From contig CM120643.1 of NCBI GenBank assembly GCA_051362555.1, positions 14,916,644-14,980,643 of the forward strand: DNA of 64,000 nucleotides, read 5' to 3'. The position numbers and the translations under genes were made by a program. Shown one piece after another: positions 1 to 23,739 of this stretch. The notes below the pieces were generated by a model. It worked only from the letters and a program-made list of their open reading frames with translations, ran no database searches and was not told the DNA's origin. Within the stretch, counting starts at the first letter, position 1. Each line of letters starts with the position of its first letter. This stretch comes from Lingula anatina. Its lineage: Eukaryota > Animalia > Brachiopoda.

Positions 1-486
1 CCCTTTAGTGTGGGGTTCAGTTTTGTCTAGGGCAGTTGGTGCCATCTAGTGCAGTTTAGAACTATGATTCAGTTCTTCAAAATTCTAATATCAAGAGGGG
101 AATATTGGTGTGATTTTTTCCAGAAACAGAAGGGGGTGGGGGTCAAAATTTGTAAAATACAGGTTTCCCCAATTCAGATGTTCCTACAACATTATTTTCT
201 AAAATGTAATGTTTTAAGATGATTGTTCAGGTATCTAAATATATCTGTAAAAAAAAAAGACGAAAAAAGACAACGTCATTTCATTTGGATTTGTCACATT
301 TCTCAAAAGCATGTTTATTTACATTGGAGCTTTTTGGTGCTAACTAGTAAGACAAAGAATTCTCAGCGAAATCAATATAAAAACATTCTTTTGATGTGTA
401 CAATATAACTTAGGCATTTGGTCAAATTTTATTAAATATAACTGTACAGTTATTGATTTATTATCTTACCTCTTTACACGTCTTTG

Positions 487-507
487 TTTCCCGACACTTT
501 TTCTAAT

Positions 508-591
<84 letters not shown>

Positions 592-700
592 CTGGCTAAG
601 ACGTGGCGACGTTTTCAAATAGGGTCTATTAGCACTTAGAAAAAGTGTCGGGATATATATATATATATATATATTCGCTCTTAGAAAAAGTGTCGGGAAA
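487..700. repeat. Small inverted-repeat element enclosing (TA)n microsatellites
   Basis: TTTCCCGACACTTTTTCTAA (~487-505) is inverted with TTAGAAAAAGTGTCGGGAAA (681-700), plus an extra partial copy at ~636-653. (TA)n at ~510-590. Confidence 0.75.
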
Positions 701-2227
701 CACACATATAAAGACTAGGAACCGAACAAATTAGTCTGTTCTCTCCATTTTAATTTAAAAAGTCCCTACAGCTGTTTCGGCCCGGAGGCTCTGATTATAA
801 ACGGTCGTATGTGTTGTTTCTCAAACAATTTTTATTTTCTTCAGGGGATTTCAACTAAAAGTATATCTTTGGAAATCATCATAATATGCATTTAACAGTA
901 GCTTGAAACCATTATAATAATAATAAATTATAAATAACTATATCCTCAATGGGCAAAATGTAAAGTGTGAAAAAAGATTGGGACCTAGCACGGAAACGAG
1001 TGACACACCTTAAAATATGTAGTTTGCCTGACTTGAAAACAGATTCTACAGAATACCAGAATATCTCGAATTAACGCTGGTCAAAATTCACATTAAAGGT
1101 AACGTGTTTGATCATCACGCTTTGCCGGGAAAAAAGAAAAAATTACTCATCATCTACAAAGGATAACAATTATTAATTGGCCAGACACGTAGAAGGTGGT
1201 TAAAGGTGTACCATGAGAATCCGATATTTATACAGCAAACAGGAATTTTCCTAAAAATTTCTGAAATCATTCCGTATCCATATCTTCAACGTATACCCTA
1301 TCCAAAACCGTTGAGGAAATCACGATCTACTGCTTTAAACCGTTTATGAGTTATTGGGTTCAAAATTTTTAATAAAATCCAGAGAAGAAAACTTATTACT
1401 TGCGTGACGCTAGACAAGTACGAATAAAAAAAGAATATATGCATTTTGATATTTAAAGCATCACTTACAGTCGTGACTTCTTTTTTATACTTCAGTACAA
1501 TACACGTCACGTAACAAACAGGATGTGGAATATAATGTAGGCTATTGTCCAAATCTTTTCATCTGACAGGAATTAACTTCCATAGATCTATGATGACGAC
1601 ACGCAAAACTTTTGGTCCAGTACTTGTTGAAATCACGGAAAGTATCAAGTTTCATACAAGTGACCTATACCTGGCTGTCAATCATCTGCAACTCTACAAC
1701 ATTGGCCAAAAAGATTGTCCCACCCAAGCTCCATGTGCTTTTGTTTACAAATGACCACACCTCACAGGTTTACATTGCTGTAAACAATGCTCCTACCTGA
1801 TTAATCGTTCAGAAAATACAAAATAGCATTGAAAATAGGCTATCTATATTTTATAACATTAATTCAGATTTGAAGTGTCCACCCCCTCAAATCCGGTGTT
1901 TCACTGTGATTTGCACAGAGGCAAAGAAATGTGTGTTAAATTATAAAAAGACATCGCCAAAAATCACCACATTTACACAAAGTTAGCATAAGGATGTGCT
2001 CATTAAATTCACGTGGATGAACTTGTTGAATAGAAAAGGCATGACATTTACTCCTTTTTTGTAAATAGAAACTGAAAACCGCTAGTTCATAAAGATGATA
2101 AACCTATTTGTTAAAAACAAAATATCAGGCAGCATTTTGAAGATATGAAAACTAAAATTATAGTCATATTTATAACACAAAAGCAAGGCCTTTGGTCAAC
2201 GCCCAGTCATTCAAACTAATCTGTCAG

Positions 2228-2261
<34 letters not shown>

Positions 2262-3410
2262 TAAAAATCCTTGTTGTGCCATTAAAGAATTAGCCTACCA
2301 TTACCCCCTCCCCCTTCCCCTCTAAGCTCCGCTGTTCTATACAAGGCTTAGAGTCTTGCGGTAAAGCGTACTTGTTTTTCTGTTCCACAATATGCACGAT
2401 CTACTTTGAAATTTCATGGAATAGGAACTGATGCATTCTTTTATCTTTTCCATAACAAATCGACGACCGTGCAAATCGAAATCATGCCATCATTTTAAGT
2501 TTTGGTTGACACATTCAAAATAATTACTGATGTATCAGTGCCTCGTACACTAATCTGCAGTTCTTAATATCTTCTTTTTTTTTCTATTTTTCACCACAAA
2601 AGTATACTTTTGAACGGTTGACCACGACGTCTTGAACTCCTCCCCCCTGTTTTTCTTCCAACTTATCTGAAATACACACCCAACTACTATAATACTGTTG
2701 GCATAAAAAGGGTTTATTTACTATTATTATATACAGTTGTACGAAATAAATGATAATATTACATTTTTTGTGAGTGAAACTGTACAAACGCATTGATGTT
2801 GCCACAATACAACATCCAAAAAGTCAAAATAATAAGAGACAAGTTGAAACATATTGCAACATACCCCCTAGATAAACTCGGAACTTGGCAGCATACCTAA
2901 AAAAACTTAGGTATATAATAAAAATGTCATTTAAGCTTTAAATTGCTATGCTGTCAAATTCCTGTGGCATCATTTAATAATGGAACATAGTGGAGGCTTC
3001 CCTGCAAGTCATCACATTGGCATCGACTAAGAATCTACATAAATAATGTCTACTGTCTAGCTTTGTCATGAGTTGGAAGATGTCACATTGCAATTTTTCT
3101 TCTTTCAGCCAGTCAACTAACTAATCCAGAACATATTTTTCTTAATATAAAAAAAGGCATGCCTTGAGATCTTGCAGCTCACGTTTGCTTTGATTATAGT
3201 CTCCAAGTTGCTATGAATCTCCAAATTTTTTCAATGTAACTGTTTCAACAATCCAAATTATTAAGGTGGGCAACAAGTCCTGAATATGTGAATTGAAAGT
3301 TGAAAAAAATGAGAATATGACAAGTTCTCCTTGTCTCCATAATGACGCTGAATAATTTTAACATTTGGCTAGATTGAATGTATAAAGTCTTTTAGCACGA
3401 TGGAATCATC

Positions 3411-5341
3411 TTATTTCTTCTGCACTGGTAAGTAAAGCTTGAACTCTGCAGGTAGCTCGTCTTCTGAGTAAAGTCTGTCTGAGAAGTATACCCTACGGAT
3501 CCTGCAGTTTGCGTGAATCTAAAAAAAATGTTAACAAAACGAATTAGCAATTTTTTTTCAATATTGAAAGCAACAGTGCACTGGGATTTTTTTAAGCTTT
3601 TCCATCAAACTGACAGAGCAATTGTATGAAACTGACTTAAATTTCTTTGAAATCTCAAATAAAAACTAAAACTTCTTATTGATTGTGATTTTTTTAAAGA
3701 AAGAATTAGAGCAAATGTTTGTCATATCATTTTAATGCCAAAAATGTTCAAAAAATAAAAAATGAAATAAATAAATAAATAACATGCCGAAAACTCACCT
3801 GAACTCGGAGTGTCTCAATGTAGTTAGTACCATAAGCACGCCTTGTGAAATCTGAGAGGTTGAACTGGATCTGATTCCAGCCGTCGTCCAGCCTCATTGG
3901 CATCGTGCAAATGAAGGGTTTTACTCTAGTTGTGCTCTGGTAATTGCTAGCCCTAAATCTCCGCCTCACATTTTTGTCATCTAAAACCTAGAAGACGGAT
4001 TGTGATCACAAATTAGAAACAGAAAACATGCTGTTTTACTTATTTCAAAACAATGTAAAAAGTGACAACTGCTAAAATACATTTCAATAAATAATTGTTT
4101 TTTATTAATTTCAACAATATAATTATTTCAAAACCTCAATGTCACAACTTAACAAAAATTAATTACGACTTAAAACATTAAATAAACAAATATATTAAAA
4201 TGTAAACTTACCTGAACTTCAAATGTGAAATATTTCTTTAAATTTTTGATGATCATAACTAGGAAGGGAAGCTTGATTCCAAGTGTTTTCTTTGGATCCG
4301 CTGGGCATGTGATATATGTTGTGCTGCAAGGTAGATAAGAAAGGATATAAATTAATGTTGGTAACATAATGTTTCCTAATAATCACTTTCGTGAATTGAG
4401 TATAAAATCCTCAACACGTAAATTTCACTCATTTTCCCGCCGAACAATGTTTATGTATGGTAACCAATGCCACATCAATTTTAAACAAAATAACAACAAT
4501 ATGGAAATAAAGATATAAATTTTTGTTGTTATAGCCATTGCCTGACATAAATAAGCTTCTAAAAAGGGTAAATTTTTACTCTAAATCATTTAAATATATC
4601 ATTTCATGCCCGTTTGTAGGAGGCTGCCATATTGGATATACGCCATGTTCTTTGTTAGTTCAAAACCAAAATGGCGACCGCAATCAACTTCGCACTTACC
4701 TAACATTTGTTCCTACAATTTCTAACACTAGTGACTGGATGTCATTATCTGTGATTCGTTTGATGTGACCATTTCGCACCTGAAATTGAAAAGTCAATAT
4801 GTTTAAAAATAAAAATCGATTGCTGTCATCAAAATTGATCGCTGGTTAAAGTTTAAATTCAAATAAAATGAACTACTGGTTCATTTTAAATAAAGCTCTT
4901 GTAAAACACCAGCAAAATTGTTAATTGATGACAACGTGGATAAACAAGTGTTTATAAAAATAATTTGAGAAAAACATAAGGGTTATTCTTCAAACTTAAT
5001 AAGTTTAAACGATATAGGGAAGTCCATCGAATAAGCCACGGGGATTCACCACCCATAACAATCGTCGTTGCTAGTACTAACACAACATGTCTATATTCAC
5101 AATAATATATCTGAGCCGTTAAAAATGTGTAAAACTCGTTGACATATTATCCATAAGCTGAAACAACCACCCTGATCACAAGATATCTTAGAATACACCA
5201 GCCGGCTATGTTGTTGTCATCCATCACCATGGAAATACAGTGGAATCTTCAACTCACCTTTTTGTCCCAAATTTGTAGAGGTTTGCTTCCAATACTGTAC
5301 AATATTGATAAGAATCCGCTCTGGAAGGTATTCTTGAACAT
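3411..5341 (-). CDS. CFAP20: Cilia- and flagella-associated protein 20 (BUG22/C16orf80 ortholog), 5 coding exons, 190 aa
   Basis: Exons 5341-5258, 4779-4700, 4323-4212, 3987-3799, 3518-3411 (84+80+112+189+108=573 nt), all GT-AG. Translation [39 protein letters not shown]...[13 protein letters not shown] is near-identical to the known CFAP20 sequence. Confidence 0.98.
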
Positions 5342-7785
5342 TTTGAGTCTTTTTAAAGTCAGTTATAGTATATTGTTAGTCCTAATATATTCTTGTGGTG
5401 GAGCTCTCTCACACACGCTCCTCTCGCTTTGCTATCAGAGTTGTCAAGTGAGCCACAGTGTGTGTACAAATGGACTTGATTAGTTGTCATGGGTCTGTTT
5501 ACACAGCGTACGGATACAAGCGCGCGCTTTGCCGTTAGTCAATAAACGAAAAAAATTCTCAAGTTTTGTGAGTTTTTTTGTTTGAATTCTTATGAAAATG
5601 ATATTTTAAGGTAATAACTTTGTTTAGAAGGATATCGACACCAACCGAAATGAAATAATCAGTTTCCAAGGAACTTTATTACGCGCACGAATACGGTTTC
5701 CAAGCCGTAAACTGACATCCGGTAAGCTGCGTCGTGCGTGCTGCGCAGTGTACGTCACCTGGGATATGGCTTAGGTCACAATCTGATTGGCTGACGAGCT
5801 CAATAATCTATACATATGCTAATATCACTATTGTTGTTTGGCATTTCATTCTTGGGTTTTACCTCGTGTGTCGGTCACTAACGTAGCTTCAAGAGCATGG
5901 ATATTGTAAACATAAGGACACATGACACTATGATTAACGAGTACGCGATGCTTCTGCTTACTTATTCATAATGTAAATATGCGTATTATTGTTAAGAAGG
6001 AAAAGAGGAATGATGCTCTTGGCGCGACTACTAAGTGTGGTTTTATCTTAGTTACACGCAAACAAGCGCTGTAGTCGACATTTTAACTTATTCGCATTTT
6101 AGCAATTAGACCAATTACGTCCAATAGACACCGTTATCACCACTAAGCGAATATAAAAACACAGAGTGCCGTCACATCAAATAAATCGCACAATATTTTA
6201 AGGCAACATTTACTGGCTTTTAAGTGTCCGCATCTCCTTCCGTAAACGCCCAGACAGAAACGAAAACAGAGGTTTACACGATAAAAAGAAGCCGAAGGTG
6301 AATACTAAACAATTCATTGGTTACAAGTTACATTATTTTGATTGCATGACCCAGAAAGAGTACCTTAGTCAGCGGCAAGATAACAGTCTAGATAGAAAAA
6401 ACAAAACGCACCAGTTTAAGTACTTGATGTGTTGACATTTTATTGAACTGAACAACCTGTTGGAGAGGATACCTCAACAGAGAAACCTTTATCTACAATA
6501 TGCTAGGCACAGAATTGAAATTGAATTCTTTTATCTTATTTAAACACTGCAGTTTCAACCAAAAGTTTTATAACACTGAAGTATCATTGCCCCTCCTATA
6601 ACCCTTTATTCCACAAGTCGCATTTGCATACCAATAATGGCTGGGGAAATATGCACTTTGGTACAACGATTAAATTGCACTCTAAAACCAATATTTTGTA
6701 AAAATAATAATTATAATAAATAAATAAATAAAAATTAAAAAATGATACTGGATTACTGTATATGATCTTCATCATACTTGCCCATTCTAAAATTTTCATC
6801 CTTAGGCTAATAAATTATCCAAGATACTCTTGGTTGAGTCATGAGAGTTTATTAATTATTTACACACAAGACATGACCTTACTGTTTTATTGAATAATAC
6901 ATTTAATCAATGGAAGGAACATCCAAGACTCAAGCTTGCTGCAGGGTTCTTTCCATTTTCTTCATCAAAGCTTAGACAACTTCAAAAGTTAAATAAATGA
7001 ATAGTTATAATGATACTTATTATTAAACAAAACACTTCTAACTGCCTAGTAAACTTAAATGGGGTGAGCAAAAACTGGTTAGGGGGTGTGGGGTAGTTCT
7101 AATATTGCCACAAGTTCCAACTGAAAATGTTGCATTGTGGCTTTAAACTTCTATACACTGCAGAGGTATAAGAGAGAAAATCTACTCTGTGCTTTGACAT
7201 GGACACCCTTACAAGACTATGAACTATACGAGATCTAATTACAATTACAAAGTTAATACCAGCACACCCTCGTACCCCAATGTGCAGGCCACATATTCCA
7301 AGTGAAGCAGATTTTTTTCTCAACAAGTTGTTCACAAAAGTTTGAAGACTGCAGCCATTACTGTGCGATGCTCCAATCCAGCTCCCACACCTTTTGCAAA
7401 ATAAGACTTCAGAGTGGCTGAACCATTGTTACATTTGGTTATAAAGGTTAGAACCAAGAGGAGGGTAGGAAAGGGGGTTAAATGATGAAATACAGAGCAC
7501 ATTGTTCCAGTGTTGACAAACTAACCCCAGAATAAATTTGTGTCCTTCCTGGAGGCCTGTATTTGTGAACACTTTACTGATACATTTTCATGTTACTCTA
7601 AAGATAATAATAAAAAAATAATAATAATGATAAGATCCATCCAGCCACCCTTTACTGCGCCCCAGCAAAACAGTTGTAAGTCAACCAAATAGTTGGTGAC
7701 ACATTGTCGTCATTGCTTGGATCACACCAGGGGTCGTCAAAAAGACCTCGGCAATCCCTTGGCTTCCTGATTTTTGCTGCAGACT

Positions 7786-17686
<9,901 letters not shown>

Positions 17687-18389
17687 GGTACACAGCAATT
17701 TCTTCGATGTGCTCGTCCGACACACCTTAAATGTCAAATGGAAATTGGTGAATATTCTCCTGAATATCACCGCAGGCCGTATAAACTGACCGTACGCCGA
17801 CAGCGCTATTTTTAACACAATTTTGATTGAAATGGAGTCTTCCCTTGTCCTGTCAATAGAAACGTGCTTTTTGACAACCAAACAACATCCCTTTCTTCCC
17901 CGTCTCTGTGAGCCTTAATTTCAGAAAGGTTCGGGTCTTAGAGAAGCAATAATGGCTAGATGAAAGTTCAGTGTACTTATTAATGTTGAGTCCGGCTTAT
18001 TTAGGTGTCCTCGAACTTCACTGGACAGGTTTAGATATCGACATACTGGTCAACCGACTCTCCAATATGGCGTCCCAGGATGGTACCCGCGAGGCGACAA
18101 CGAGGCTCGTGACATTTTCCGGTTTCCGACCAATACAGCAACCCCTCTGCTGAGCAATGAGTCTTCTGCTAATAGAGGTCTCCAAACATGACAGGCTTCT
18201 TTGTATATGTAAATGTCTTCCTTCAAACAATGAGATAAACAAACACAAAGTAGATTTTCTTTAATCACACTGCGATTTTTCTATATTTTATGAAGAAAGC
18301 ATCCTTAATATCTCTGTTTAATATGTTAAGCTTTCTCTTGTGTTGTTAAACACCCGGATGATTTCCATAGCGACCACAAAGAAGCAAAG
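17687..18389. promoter_or_regulatory. Putative bidirectional promoter between CK2 alpha and CFAP263
   Basis: Head-to-head start codons ~700 bp apart in a CpG-rich stretch. YY1-like AATATGGCG (~18064), ETS-like TTCCGG (~18117), RFX X-box-like ATTTCCATAGCGAC (18361-18374). Confidence 0.65.
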
Positions 18390-19995
18390 ATGGCGGAGTC
18401 AGAGACGATGAGTGTTGACACCAGTAATGAGGCTAACGATGATCCTCTGCAGGAGTTAACAGACGATGAGTTGGACAGACTGTTAGATGAAACTCTGTAA
18501 GTACTACATGCAGAGTTATATGGATCAACTGTCTGAAGAGAGGGACACATATCCTTCATATCCGTGGCGAATTTCTACACTTTGTCTCATCTTCATTTAT
18601 TTTATGAATTTCGTTTCGGAAATAATAATAATATTTATTCGCAATTATGACTTTTTCCAACGCATCTGTCATTAAAGTTGTAAAAACCCGTATACTAAAT
18701 CATCCAGTGCCTACCTGAAGGTAAAAATGAATGTTTTTTTGGATAGATTACACGTGATTGTTAACAATTAATACATTTATCATTGATCATTATTTTAGGC
18801 GTGCCAATGAGATTCTGGCAGCAGAAACACAGATGTTTGAAAAGTTCTTCAAACGAGTTGAACCAAAAGAGCTCCAAGGTATCCAACTCTCTGTCAACGC
18901 TGCTCCGTCCCAATCCCAACATGATGTTGGGGGTCGTGGAATTGGAAGAAAACGATCCAAATCACGTAGCAGCCATGTCGACAAAAGTCTGAGACTGACA
19001 GCAGAACAGAAGTGTGATATTGCACAGAGGGAGATTGAGGAATTAAGGGAAGATATTGACAGACTGAAAGATGAATCTGAACGTGTTCTTGACACATATA
19101 GGGTGGGTGTTGTCGTTATTTATTTGATTATTTATTTATTTGCTGTATTTGGGTTATTTGGTTCTAATATGGAATCAGGGTTCTTGTTAGCGCAATTTTT
19201 GTGTGTCCCTGACACTGTTTCATCGAAATTGACCCCCAATTTAAAATGTATTGCGTCCATTTGACGCACATTTATCTCAGTCCCCAGTGTAACACTATCT
19301 ACTTGTTTTTTTGTAAATGTCAGTAAAGTTCAGAAAGTTCCATTAGTGACATTCTTTCAATGACCCTGGTCACCTACAGCTTTCACATGATAAGGTCTGT
19401 CATCGATAGGGATGGTCTGGTGGCAGAGTACCCCATGTTCTAGCAACTTGCACATGTTCACAGGCATATGTATTTAGCATGTTTTTTTTAGCATGTGTTA
19501 ACAGTTGACTACAAAGATTTGTATCCATTCTTTTGCAAGTTGGTTGTTATTGCACTGGTTATCCCAATTAGTCATGTGCCTTGTGAAAGGGGATTTAGTT
19601 GTATAAACATAATTTACACAAAATCGAGGAGCAGATTAAGTGCAGAGCATGTGGAGAGGTTAATGTTACTTTCCATAGAGGGGCCAAAACTGAAAGAGTT
19701 TAATTTTGGTGCTGCCCTTGCAAAATTCAAAGCTGACAAAAACAGAAGGAAGTAAAAAAAAAAAAACTGATAATAAATAACACTTATGACTTTTGTTGCT
19801 TTTATTCCTTTTAAATATTTATTTCAATATTATTTCGAACTTATAAATTCTTGACCCATAAATTTTAAAAATGACTCCCATTTTTAAAAAGTGGGGGTCA
19901 AAATGACCCTTACAAGCAAAATCTAGTGGAAACCCTAGGAATGTAACTGTTCTGTGCAAAAGTTTCATATAGGTTAAGCAATGTCATATAAAAAT

Positions 19996-20082
<87 letters not shown>

Positions 20083-22545
20083 TGAAATGAAAATGATAAA
20101 TATAAACAATTTTCACTAAATATTTTAAAAAAAGGCTGTGACTATACAGAAGGAATATTTTAATACATCTTAACTTCTATATTATTATTATCTTATTCTT
20201 GTTTGTTGTTTTGTAGGCCATCATGGAGGAGGCAGACATCAGAATAAATGAAATCAAGAAAGCCTCCTATGAATTTGAGAGAGATATTGTTAAAGGGGCA
20301 GTGAACACAAGAACAGGAAAAGTGATCTCTGAAAGAGTGCTCAAATATTTGGAAGACAAAATCAGAGCTAGGGTGAGATTCTTCACATATACCTCATAAT
20401 TGCCTTTTTTGTCATTGTTTCTAAAGCTGATGTTAAAACCTAGCATTGCTTAAAAATTTGAGGTGCTGGGGCCACCCTAGCTTTTTTAAACCAAAGTTGA
20501 ATAAGATAAAATTTTTGTACTATTTTTAACATAAGGCAAAATGGTTAAACAAAATTCTGATGTTATCTTGGGATTTCAAAAATTGAAAAGAAGACTTTCA
20601 CATTACAAATATTATGATTTTCATCACTTCAGGACACACTTATCGAGAAGCTCAGATTGAAGAATTCAACGCTGAAAGTCCAAAAGAAAAAATTAGCAAT
20701 GCAGCTGAAACAGGTATGTACCACTAATTTGACAGACATTTGTCAAATGTAAATGCAACAAGTTTTGTTTCCTAATCATAATATTATATAAAATGATGAT
20801 GGCAGTGGATCAAGTGAATTATAGACCGCATTCACATCGAGTTGAGGCATGGCTCTACAAAGCCACGAACTAAATATGGCGGATGTACATGAAAGGAAAA
20901 CCGCCTAATCTTTTAATAGTCTCTCCGCCTCTCACACGCCTCCCCATGTGTTGTCCCAATGGAGCCGAGATTTAATGGCTGTACCCCCGCAGGGACGACG
21001 AGTGGGGAGGCGTGTGTGAGGCGGAGAGACTATTAAAAGATTAGGCGGTTTTTCTTTCATGTACGTCTGCCATATTTAGTTCATGGATTTGTATAGCCAT
21101 GGCTCAACTTGTTGTGAATGCAGTCATAGAAACCTAATTGTAAAGAAATTTGTCAGGGTGGGGTGGGGGATGGGGGAAGCTACTAGTACATGAACATGCA
21201 TGTAAAATTTTTTATTAGATTCGACTTTTGAAAAATATTTCACATGTGGCTCGTCCTATTTTTTTACTTATTGATGTTCTTTTATCATCCTAAGTTTGTT
21301 ATAATTATTTTTATACACTTGTAATTTTATTTTGCTACTGTAAAATCTGGTCATTTTTAAACTGCTCCTCTTTTGAGTCATGAAATGATATTTAAATATA
21401 AACTACATCATTCCACTACATTTAATTGTATTTTTACAAACCTTGGATGTATTTGTAATAGAAAGAGGAGATGGGTGAGGTTCTACATGAAGTGGACTTT
21501 AATCAGCTGAAGATTGAGAATGCCCAGTACTTGGAAAAGATAGACGAGAGAAACCAGGACCTCCTGAGACTTAAACTGATGGCAGGAAATACACTGCAAG
21601 TGCTCAACACATACAAGGTAAGCAATAGATGATATAATATGTCAACTCTGTAGTTACTGCCTTATTGGTATTTGGTGCACGTTTGATTTTCAGACATTTT
21701 TAACATCATGGCCATCTTTTAAGCTATGCAGTCGTTTGGAATTTATGTAGGTGGCTTTGTGTCCCAAGTTTTCTAAAAGAACTGAAAAGACCATTCTCTG
21801 ACCATTCATGGAATCAAAACAAAAGAAAAATTAATTTTTTTAAAAAAAAGGAAAAAATTAAATAAAGAAATACAAAATATTCCTCAAGCAACATTTGACA
21901 TAAGGTATCATAATTAATTGTCTTGTTATTTTCAGAAAAAACTCAGCACATTAACTCTGGAGTCAACGAGACTTAAAGCTGAAATTGCATCAAGAAATGA
22001 TCTGTTGGCCAGAATTGACAGTGAAACAGTCACCGTAGAGACGGTAATTTTATCTTTTTCCAGACTTTAGCAAAGTAGTTGGAATATATATAAAATTGAT
22101 TTAAAGAAGAGCAGTTAATATGTTCTTTTTTTCATTGTAGCAACATTGGTTGAATTGTACTACTTTCATGAAAACCTAATAATGCTCTGAAAGTCCATAC
22201 TATAAGTATTTTGTATATTACTTTACTTCTGCTTTAACATGTGTATGTGTGTGTGCATGTAAGTTAAAGCCTAAAAAAATCTTATCAACTGGTTTCCAGG
22301 ACCGAGCAGGTGCAGAGAAGATCAATCGCAAGCTCCGCACACAGCTTGGTGACTATCGCGTGCCAGAGGTGATGGAATATGTCCGCGAGAGGGCAGACCT
22401 GTACGAGATGCACAAGAAAGTAAAGAGCTGGGAGAGGAAGGTAGAAATTGCAGAGATGGGACTGAAGACGCACAGGAAGGCTTGGAATCAAATGCGCATG
22501 GCCAGTCACCAACCAAATCCATGGGGAGTCATGGAAACAGTTTAA
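18390..22545 (+). CDS. CFAP263: Cilia- and flagella-associated protein 263 (CCDC113), 7 coding exons, ~385 aa
   Basis: Exons 18390-18496, 18799-19102, 20217-20372, 20633-20713, 21462-21617, 21936-22043, 22300-22545 (1158 nt, in phase, GT-AG). Family motifs LTAEQKCDIA, EKLRLKN, KEEMGEVLHEVDFNQLKIEN, YRVPEVMEYV, SWERKVEIAEM. Confidence 0.93.
19176..19937 (+). mobile_element. Non-autonomous hAT derivative retaining the transposase C-terminal dimerisation domain, in CFAP263 intron 2
   Basis: Termini CAGGGTT / AACCCTA flanked by direct repeat GGAAT (19171-19175, 19938-19942). ORF 19495-19755 LYP...LVVIALVIPISHVPCERGFS...KSRSRLS...LMLLSIEGP matches the hAT dimerisation-domain pattern. Confidence 0.85.
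19999..20079. repeat. (TA)n microsatellite
   Basis: ~80 bp of pure TA repeat. Confidence 0.95.
20824..21125. mobile_element. Palindromic MITE (PIF/Harbinger-like) in CFAP263 intron 4
   Basis: ~120-bp imperfect inverted arms (GACCGCATTCACA...GCCTCCCCA / TGGGGAGGC...TGTGAATGCAGTC) with 3-bp flanking direct repeat ATA. Confidence 0.75.
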
Positions 22546-23739
22546 TTTTTTTCTTTGATTTATTAAGTCAATATTTGAGGAAAGAGAGAGAGGCCGGGCA
22601 TGGCATGGAGTCACCATTGAAATGTACCTTTTTTCTTTTATATGCAATCATAACCAAACTAATGGGTGACACGGAAACAGTGTAAATATTGTCCAAACAA
22701 TAAACACTGGAGGAGCGGGACAATAATACCTTTTAAAATGAAAGGGACCATGGGACTGCTCTAAACATATTTAAACCAGCGTAAAATATCATATTTAACA
22801 TTATATCATGTAAAGCATTCATTTCAGGAACTACACAGATCTGTTGTAATGTAATAGAAAGACAAATGGTCTTAGCACTGCAAATATATTGACATAGTTT
22901 AATTCTGTATCTTTAAAGACTTAAAAGAAGTACTTTTGTTGCAGTGCAGTTATAGAACTTGTCGAGCAATAGGTGTATTGAAACTGGAGTATGTTTGCAT
23001 GGTGAATCAGTATCTGATCATTATTGTCAAGATGTATATTTTGTAAATAAAATTAAATATCCATATTTTTTTTGTTTGCTTAGATTTGCATGTTTTCAGG
23101 GAAAAGGGACATTAATTCTCGGATAGAAGCTTTTCAAAAAAATTGAACTCCTTCCGTTTACAAACAAATATCCCGACTGCACACACTGCCCACAAACAAA
23201 ATAACTCCAAACAAAACTGTAAAATGAATCTTTACTACACATCTTATAAAATCTGTACATTTGTTTATCAAGAGAAGTCACCTGTTCAAATTCAACACAC
23301 TAATGCATATGTCCATGTTCAACATTAACTTTTATAACAGTAGTCATTTGACCCATGCAGGAATAGCATAGTGTCTTTCAGGATGTCAAAGTGGCCTTGA
23401 AGTTAACAAAGGTTCTGTGCTCTCCTAGAAAAATTATGTCTATTCTGTCAACTAGATCTCCCATCAGCAGGCATTATAACAAATGTCTCTGCCGCACAAA
23501 CAAATCATTCTCAACTTGCATGATGATTCTTCAGAAATACATGATCCGTATTCCATCTTTCCCTTTTTGATCTTTCTTCACATCACTTCCAATTTACAAC
23601 AGTATAACTTGTGATCTTTTATTCTGATACACAAGTCATCCAGAACATCCGTAAGTAATCACCAATTGAGAAAGTCCTGAAGAACCTGTAAGACAGGTCT
23701 CTTAAAGCACTTAAGTCTATGCATGTAGGAATGTTCAGT

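Noticed and set aside
80-146. Similarity to ~50058-50120
   Set aside because: Short decayed fragment of a dispersed repeat with no definable boundaries.
466-705. ORFs with YIYIYI runs (also 19910-20116)
   Set aside because: Translations of (TA)n microsatellites.
18790-19095. Antisense ORFs over CFAP263, LENG1 and SLC43 exons
   Set aside because: Shadow frames of real coding exons with no independent support.
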